A stretch of 63,103 nucleotides of DNA, filler included, from Acidimicrobiia bacterium (GTDB lineage Bacteria; Actinomycetota; Acidimicrobiia; Spongiisociales; JAHEDJ01), in the NCBI GenBank assembly GCA_029210695.1. It is 11 parts of 11 records of this genome, joined end to end, with 100 filler letters (N's around TTAATTAATTAA, not from the genome) between each part and the next. Parts side by side here need not be neighbours in the genome. Positions count along the whole stretch, not along the records: positions 54,304 to 60,093 come from JARGFH010000108.1; positions 60,194 to 61,994 come from JARGFH010000010.1; positions 62,095 to 63,103 come from JARGFH010000011.1; 8 more parts are not named here. The stretch is one strand, 5' to 3'. How positions within the stretch are numbered: the stretch's first letter is position 1; the number at the start of each line of letters is the position of its first letter. Positions 58,081 to 63,103 of the stretch are shown piece after piece. Below the pieces are notes generated by a model, which was given only the letters and a program-made list of their open reading frames with translations, was not told the origin of the DNA and did no database searches. The position numbers were made by a program, and so were the translations under genes.

Positions 58081-59775
58081 TCAGTCTGACACCAACCATG
58101 CCTCCCAGGGGTCGCGTGTACTTGGGGTTGCAGTCACCCCTCCGACACCATCGCTAACTACACGCGGTCGGGACTCGACGAGGACCCGGCCGTCTTGGTG
58201 GTAGGTGACGTCGATTCCCATCTCTTCATAGACGGCGGCCTTGTCTGTGGGGTCGGCGGCCGCGAGTGTCGCGGTGATGTCCCGGAGGCTGGCCACTAGA
58301 GCTTTGACGTCGTCTTTGGTGAGTCGGGTGGAGGGTTTGTTACCGAGGAACGCTTCGAGGCGCCGGCGTTCCTGAGCGGTCTCAGCAATCCAACGTCCCA
58401 CGGTTGCTCCAGCCCCTGGTTCGGTGCGGACGATGTTGCGGTAGCTCTCGAGTTCGGCGTCGAGCTTGGCGATCCGCTTCCGAACCTCCTCGCGTCGGGC
58501 TTCGGCTTCGGGGTCGGGTCGGGCGGCTTCGGCGAGAGCTTCACAGGTGTCGTCGAGATGGTCGGTGTCGAACAGTTCTCCGAGCCATTCGTCGAGTCCG
58601 GGGAGTAACGCTTCCTCTCTCACATAGATCGTGGCGGAATGCCCACTGCGGTCGACCTGGTCGGTTTGGTGGACCTGGCAGCGGTAGTAGGGACGATTGT
58701 GGTTCCAACTGCCTTCCATACGTCGGCCGCACTGGCCGCAGCGAATACGACCGGCCAGCATGTAGCGCCTGCCCGCTTTGGGTTTGCGGGTGGAGGTCCG
58801 TCGGTTCTTGTGGAACCGCTCCTGGGCTTCGTCCCATTGTTGGCGGGTGATGAGTGGTTCATGGGAGGGTTCGTTCGACCAGATCCAATCGGATGGGTCG
58901 TTCCCGCGCATGCGGGTCTCGTGGCCTAGGCCGACGTCCTGTACGTCGATGAGCACTTCGTCGCGTCGTTGCCGGTTCCACACCTGGTATCCGGTGTGGC
59001 GGGGATTGTCGAGGATCGCTCGAACCGCAGTGGGTTGCCAGGCCGGGCCGCTCGCCAACCGATGCCGGTTGCGATTCGGGTCTTGAGCAGATGGGGAGAG
59101 GATGCCGTCTTTGGTGAGAGACCTGGCGATGGCGTGGATCCCCTTGCCGGCCAGGAAATCGTCGAAGATCCTCTGGACTATCGGAGCGGTGACCGGGTCG
59201 GGTTCGAGGCGGCGGAGCTGTTGACCGGTCGCCGCTTTGGCCGGATTGGGGTGCGGGCCGGCGTCGGTCAACACATATCCGTAGGGTGGCCGTCCACCCA
59301 GGAAGCGGCCTTCGATGGCAGCTTGGGCGGCCATAGCGGTGCGGACCCGGGTTTTGATGCGGTTGCGTTCGCCTTTGCTCATTCCCCCGTAGAGGCTCAT
59401 GACGATCTCGTGGGCGTCGGAGCCGGGATCGACGGCACCTCCGACTTCGGGCACCCACAGTCCCACCCCGTAGTGGACGAAGACGGGGAAGGTGAGGCCG
59501 AACTGGTTGCCGTAGAACGCTCGTTGCGGTTCGCCGATCACGACTGCTTGGAACCCACGATCAGGATCGCGGAGAACCTCAAGAAGCCGTGAAGATTCGG
59601 GGCGACGTGACCAGGGGAGGGAGCGGGACTGACCCACGTCGAAGAACTCGGTGACGATTTCACCGCCGGCCGGTTCGATGAGTTGGCGGGCTCGGGTGAG
59701 CTGCCAGTTGCGGGACGATTCTGGGTCTTGTTGGTCTTCGGTGGAGACCCTGCCGTAGAACGCAAACCTCATCAC
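58081..59775 (-). CDS. Large serine recombinase
   Basis: YGRVST catalytic motif, GGRPPYGY, Zn ribbon CGQCG..YRC, coiled coil. Confidence 0.93.
   Translation of the reverse strand: MMRFAFYGRVSTEDQQDPESSRNWQLTRARQLIEPAGGEIVTEFFDVGQSRSLPWSRRPESSRLLEVLRDPDRGFQAVVIGEPQRAFYGNQFGLTFPVFVHYGVGLWVPEVGGAVDPGSDAHEIVMSLYGGMSKGERNRIKTRVRTAMAAQAAIEGRFLGGRPPYGYVLTDAGPHPNPAKAATGQQLRRLEPDPVTAPIVQRIFDDFLAGKGIHAIARSLTKDGILSPSAQDPNRNRHRLASGPAWQPTAVRAILDNPRHTGYQVWNRQRRDEVLIDVQDVGLGHETRMRGNDPSDWIWSNEPSHEPLITRQQWDEAQERFHKNRRTSTRKPKAGRRYMLAGRIRCGQCGRRMEGSWNHNRPYYRCQVHQTDQVDRSGHSATIYVREEALLPGLDEWLGELFDTDHLDDTCEALAEAARPDPEAEARREEVRKRIAKLDAELESYRNIVRTEPGAGATVGRWIAETAQERRRLEAFLGNKPSTRLTKDDVKALVASLRDITATLAAADPTDKAAVYEEMGIDVTYHQDGRVLVESRPRVVSDGVGGVTATPSTRDPWEAWLVSD
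58124..58150 (+). other. tRNA 3'-end-like sequence, candidate att core
   Basis: GGGGTTGCAGTCACCCCTCCGACACCA resembles a T-arm plus acceptor plus CCA. Confidence 0.55.
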
Positions 59776-59969
59776 GAATCCGAGCGTACCCGACGGGCAT
59801 CCGGGTGGGTGGCATTCGTTATGTCGTTCCGCTCCGCCGCTCGCAGCAGGATCCGCAGCAGAACTCCAGCTGCGGCCGGGTTGAGAACCGGGGGACCGGT
59901 GGTTTCCAAGGCGACCCCGACCGGTGTTCTCGACAGCCGGTGGATACCTGTTTCGCCAGTGGCTTCCAT
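59772..59969 (-). CDS. Small protein coupled to the recombinase
   Basis: PPVLNPAAAGVLLRILL; stop overlaps the recombinase start. Confidence 0.6.
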   Translation of the reverse strand: MEATGETGIHRLSRTPVGVALETTGPPVLNPAAAGVLLRILLRAAERNDITNATHPDARRVRSDS

Positions 59970-59986
59970 ACCCACAGGCTGCGACA

Positions 59987-60018
59987 CAACCCTGTCAGCA
60001 GAGTGCCGAACACCCTGT
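59987..60018 (-). promoter_or_regulatory. TGACAGGG-type promoter element
   Basis: 19-bp identity (CACTCTGCTGACAGGGTTG) with 36795-36813. Confidence 0.65.
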
Positions 60019-60093
60019 TGACCACGCTCATTGAAACTCCCCAGACCTGCTCACTGAAATTCCCCACCTCCTGAGAGGGAATACCCACTGTTG
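60019..60093 (+). mobile_element. IS21-family element type A, end 1
   Basis: Same as 14681-14755. Confidence 0.8.
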
Positions 60094-60193
60094 NNNNNNN
60101 NNNNNNNNNNNNNNNNNNNNNNNNNNNNNNNNNNNNNTTAATTAATTAANNNNNNNNNNNNNNNNNNNNNNNNNNNNNNNNNNNNNNNNNNNN

Positions 60194-60269
60194 ACAACTA
60201 GCATCCAAACCCAACCCAAGGTGAGGAATTTCGATGAGCAACCCTGGGGAATTTCAGCGAGCGGCGTCA
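60194..60269 (+). mobile_element. IS21-family element type A, end 2
   Basis: Reverse complement of 7279-7354. Confidence 0.75.
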
Positions 60270-60760
60270 AAGAGCAATGATCCGCTTGTTGAACCCTCGC
60301 AGCCGGGTCGAGCCTTTCGGGACGATCCGCGGTTCGAACTCGCCGTTACGATCCCTCGGAACCTCCAAGTCGACCGAGCCCACATCGGTATGCACCATCT
60401 TGGGAGTGATCCCGTTACGGGAGTTGCCCGAACCCCGACCCCCCGGATCACCCCGCTCATAACCGAGATGGTCGGTCAGCTCCTCATCCAAAGCCCGCTC
60501 CAACACGGCCTTAGTCACCTGAGAAAGCAGACCGTCAGGGCCCAACAGTTCAGCTCCCTCCTCCTCGGCACGGGCCATCAGCCCGTCCAACATCTCCTCA
60601 GACACCAACGGAGTGCCCGCAGAGTTGGTCTCGGCCGAAACCCGCCGCGTCTCGGTCCTAATCTTCTCTGTCATTCGTGTTCCTTCCACGGACCCCGACT
60701 CCAACCGCCAGGGTCACTATGTCAGGCCACCCCTCTTACACAGAGGATCTGACACGCCCC
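60270..60760 (-). mobile_element. IS256-family 5' part (truncated transposase from 60674)
   Basis: LLGPDGLL, ERAL.EELTDHLGY, NSRNG, VPRDR.GEFEP; IR GGGCGTGTCAGATCCTCTGTGTAA. Confidence 0.88.
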
Positions 60761-61686
60761 ACTCCACGCCTCGATCAGAAACCGTATCGAAGCCATCCCA
60801 GACCGTTCCTGGGTCCCGATCAGCTATCCCGATGGTGGCAGAGCCGAAGTCGCCTCATGTGCTTACACCACCGGACGGGGCCAACACGATCTGGAACCGG
60901 TCACCGTCAGACTGGTAGTGGTCCGTCGCGGATTTGGTGACTTGGTCTCCTGCCGGACGATCCCCGCTGTGGCAGGGTTCGTGGCACTGCCTACCCCGGT
61001 CATCAAATAGCAGACAGACCAGTAGTGCGTCGGACCCGCCTCACCGGTGAACAAGCCGCCCTGTTCCCCGATTGGCGATACCACGCCTTCGTCACCAACC
61101 AGACCGGACCCGTCACCGTTGTCGACCAAGAGCATCGCCATCATGCCGTCGTCGAACTGGCCATCCGTGACCTCAAAGAAGGAACCGGCGTATCACACAT
61201 GCCATCAGGACACTTCTCGGCCAACGGGGCATGGCTCGCCGCTGCGGTCCTCGCCCACAACCTGGCACGCTGGACACAGATCATCGGTGACCCCAATACC
61301 AGCACACCCATCAATACGACTGCGACGTTCCGTAGCCGCATCGTCTCTATTCCAGGCAGGCTCGTCAACCGGGCCGGACAGATCACCCTGCGCCTCCCCA
61401 CCCGATGGCCCTGGGCCCACCGATACGTTCGGATCCTCACCAACCTCCGTGCCCTCCCCCAACTCTGCTGACCCCCACCCGGGGTGTCGCTGAACCGAAA
61501 CGAATGACCAGCCGGAGCGGAGCTGTTTCAAAATCAACTGAAATTACGTTCTGAAGCGCCCCGCACCCCTCGAAAATGGTGCTCGGAGCGGCGATACCGA
61601 CCCGACATCCACAATCCGGCCCACCCGACCCCGATTCAACCCCCAAAACCACCACCAGCCAACCGAATCGGTGGATCCAGGCTTAG
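60761..61686 (+). mobile_element. IS1380-family 3' part, transposase interrupted by MITE
   Basis: RLVVRRTRL after MITE removal, YHAFVTN, ELAIRDLK, ANGAW..AHNL, WPW; end CGGTGGATCCAGGCTTAG. Confidence 0.88.
60919..61021. mobile_element. 103-bp IS630-derived MITE, copy 2 (GTAG flanks)
   Basis: Matches 10471-10573; flanked by GTAG on both sides. Confidence 0.9.
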
Positions 61687-61994
61687 GCCATGCCGCCGTC
61701 CGACGCAGGATCAGCGTCCACTTCGAACGCTGCGACCGGCTCCTCAAACGCCTACGGGTATCCAGGCTCGACAACAGCCACGATGCTGAGATCCGCAAAC
61801 TGCTGCGTGTCGACTTGCTCATCATCGACGACTTCATCCTCCAAGCCCTCGACCCTGTTGACACCGCTGACATCTACGAACTGATCGTGGAAAGGCATCG
61901 GACCTCAGCGACAGTCGTCACCAGCAATCGTGAGCCGGTCGAATGGATCGGGCTGATGACCGACCCGCTCCTCGCCCAGTCAGCCATAGACCGG
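61687..61994 (+). pseudogene. istB: IS21 IstB ATPase fragment
   Basis: DLLIIDDF Walker B, ELIVERH, TSNR, AIDR. Confidence 0.85.
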
Positions 61995-62094
61995 NNNNNN
62001 NNNNNNNNNNNNNNNNNNNNNNNNNNNNNNNNNNNNNNTTAATTAATTAANNNNNNNNNNNNNNNNNNNNNNNNNNNNNNNNNNNNNNNNNNNN

Positions 62095-62169
62095 CGTAGT
62101 AACCATCAGATTGGCAGAGCCCTCCTAATCAACCGGGAACCCCTACACCCCGCTCAATTCCGAAGCGCC
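62095..62169 (+). mobile_element. Probable ISL3-family right end (second type)
   Basis: CACCCCGCTCAATTCCGAAGCGCC resembles the 41686 ISL3 end. Confidence 0.55.
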
Positions 62170-62396
62170 CGCAAAGTGCTCCTCCAACAACGCGTCACCG
62201 CCGGCCTGTTGAACACGAAGCGGCTCTTCGCGCTGCTCGACGAACCGGGAAAACCGCAACCAGCCTGAACTCCCCCTGTCCCACGCACCGCCCGCCACCA
62301 TCACCAACCCCCCCGCAAGATGGTCTCCGGCATCACCCACGACTGGCCCGCCGCCAACCAACCTCACCGAAAGCCACTTTTTCGGCAGCCACCTAG
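62170..62396 (+). mobile_element. IS1182-like 3' part
   Basis: Encodes RKVLLQQRVTAGLLNTKRLF..*; ends with the shared 75-bp terminus plus CTAG. Confidence 0.7.
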
Positions 62397-62444
62397 AACG
62401 ACCCGTCGCATCTCTCCGGCGCCAGAAACCACGGATTGCAGCGG

Positions 62445-62801
62445 GTGAGATCACTCAGCATCGGAGCCATCATCATGGGGGCCGCGGGCGGCGTTCTCGT
62501 GGCCGCGCTCGTGAGCTTGCCGGCATGGGGCCTTCTGCTGCTCACCAATATCGACACACCAGAGGATCCGGCGCTCATGGTGGGGGTGATCGTCGGGTTC
62601 ATCGCCTCCGGATACGCAGCCGGTCGACTGGCGAAGCCGGCAGCCTCGCACGGCATGCTGGCCGGACTATTGATGGCTGTGATCGTAGGAACCGTGAGTA
62701 TCTCCTCGGGCAGCCCGGCGCCCGTTCCAACGATCATCATCCTGGTGATCCTCGCCGCCGCGCTCGGCCGCTCGGCGGGCGCATTTGCGGGCCGCCGGTG
62801 A
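62445..62801 (+). CDS. Small 4-TM membrane protein
   Basis: Gly/Ala-rich TM helices, GYAAGR, HGMLAG. Confidence 0.7.
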   Translation: MRSLSIGAIIMGAAGGVLVAALVSLPAWGLLLLTNIDTPEDPALMVGVIVGFIASGYAAGRLAKPAASHGMLAGLLMAVIVGTVSISSGSPAPVPTIIILVILAAALGRSAGAFAGRR

Positions 62802-62841
62802 GGGGAACAACGGAGCATCTAGTTTCGTTGTACGCTTCGCT

Positions 62842-63103
62842 GGTGAGCCTGCCGGGTGACCGCCTGCGTAGACCCTCGGGGATACGTTGGAGGAAAGTCC
62901 GGACTCCACAGGGCAGGGTGCTGGGTAACCCCCAGGCGGCGTGAGCCGACGGAAAGTGCCACAGAGAACAGACCGCCTAAGTTGGTGCCATCACCAACCG
63001 GCAAGGGTGAAACGGTGGTGTAAGAGACCACCAGCATCCCGGGAGACCGGGATGGCTCGGCAAACCCCACCCGGAGCAAGGCCAAGCAGGGATGCTGGGC
63101 TGC
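62842..63103 (+). ncRNA. rnpB: RNase P RNA (type A), 3'-truncated by window end
   Basis: GAGGAAAGTCCGGACTCC, GGAAAGTGCCACAGA, GGGTGAAACGG, AAACCCCAC..GAGCAAG; TACGCT -10 upstream. Confidence 0.95.

Noticed and set aside
58124..58150. A third tRNA gene
   Set aside because: No D-arm or anticodon arm, and the T-loop lacks TTC; treated as an att-like remnant.
60019..60269. Two IS21 ends facing across one gap as a single insertion
   Set aside because: The flanks (CCTGT versus AAGAG) show no target duplication and belong to unrelated loci.

Overview
This window is not one continuous locus. It is 11 draft contigs joined by 100-nt N spacers containing TTAATTAATTAA (gaps at 7355-7454, 14757-14856, 21767-21866, 28457-28556, 35139-35238, 41762-41861, 48119-48218, 54204-54303, 60094-60193 and 61995-62094), plus one internal 97-N gap at 45388-45484. 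High GC, leaderless-style starts, WS/DGAT, TreS and a mycothiol-dependent MDMPI enzyme point to an actinobacterium, possibly Acidimicrobiia (inference). Nearly every contig ends in about 70-85 bp of an IS terminus (IS21 x3 types, IS630, IS1182-like, IS1380, ISL3, IS3, IS481-like), and several genes are freshly disrupted. Housekeeping content: tdh-kbl-maeB, hisA, treS, alpha-glucosidase, acyl-CoA ligase, tRNA-Glu(TTC), tRNA-Arg(CCT) and rnpB. Best leads: (1) a CTGACAGGG-N20-ATG promoter architecture shared by a tyrosine-integrase/Tad-like element and a serine-recombinase element; (2) an unannotated secreted-peptide ORF ending RGVSWS plus an 18-aa ORF upstream of a membrane GAF-GGDEF-EAL protein; (3) a large repetitive secreted protein whose C-terminal domain is echoed in the adjacent lipoprotein; (4) a 103-bp IS630-derived MITE with a 4-bp NTAG duplication; (5) a modular REP-like family with a covarying inserted hairpin; (6) a tRNA-3'-end mimic inside the serine recombinase gene. 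All family assignments come from motif recognition, not database searches.
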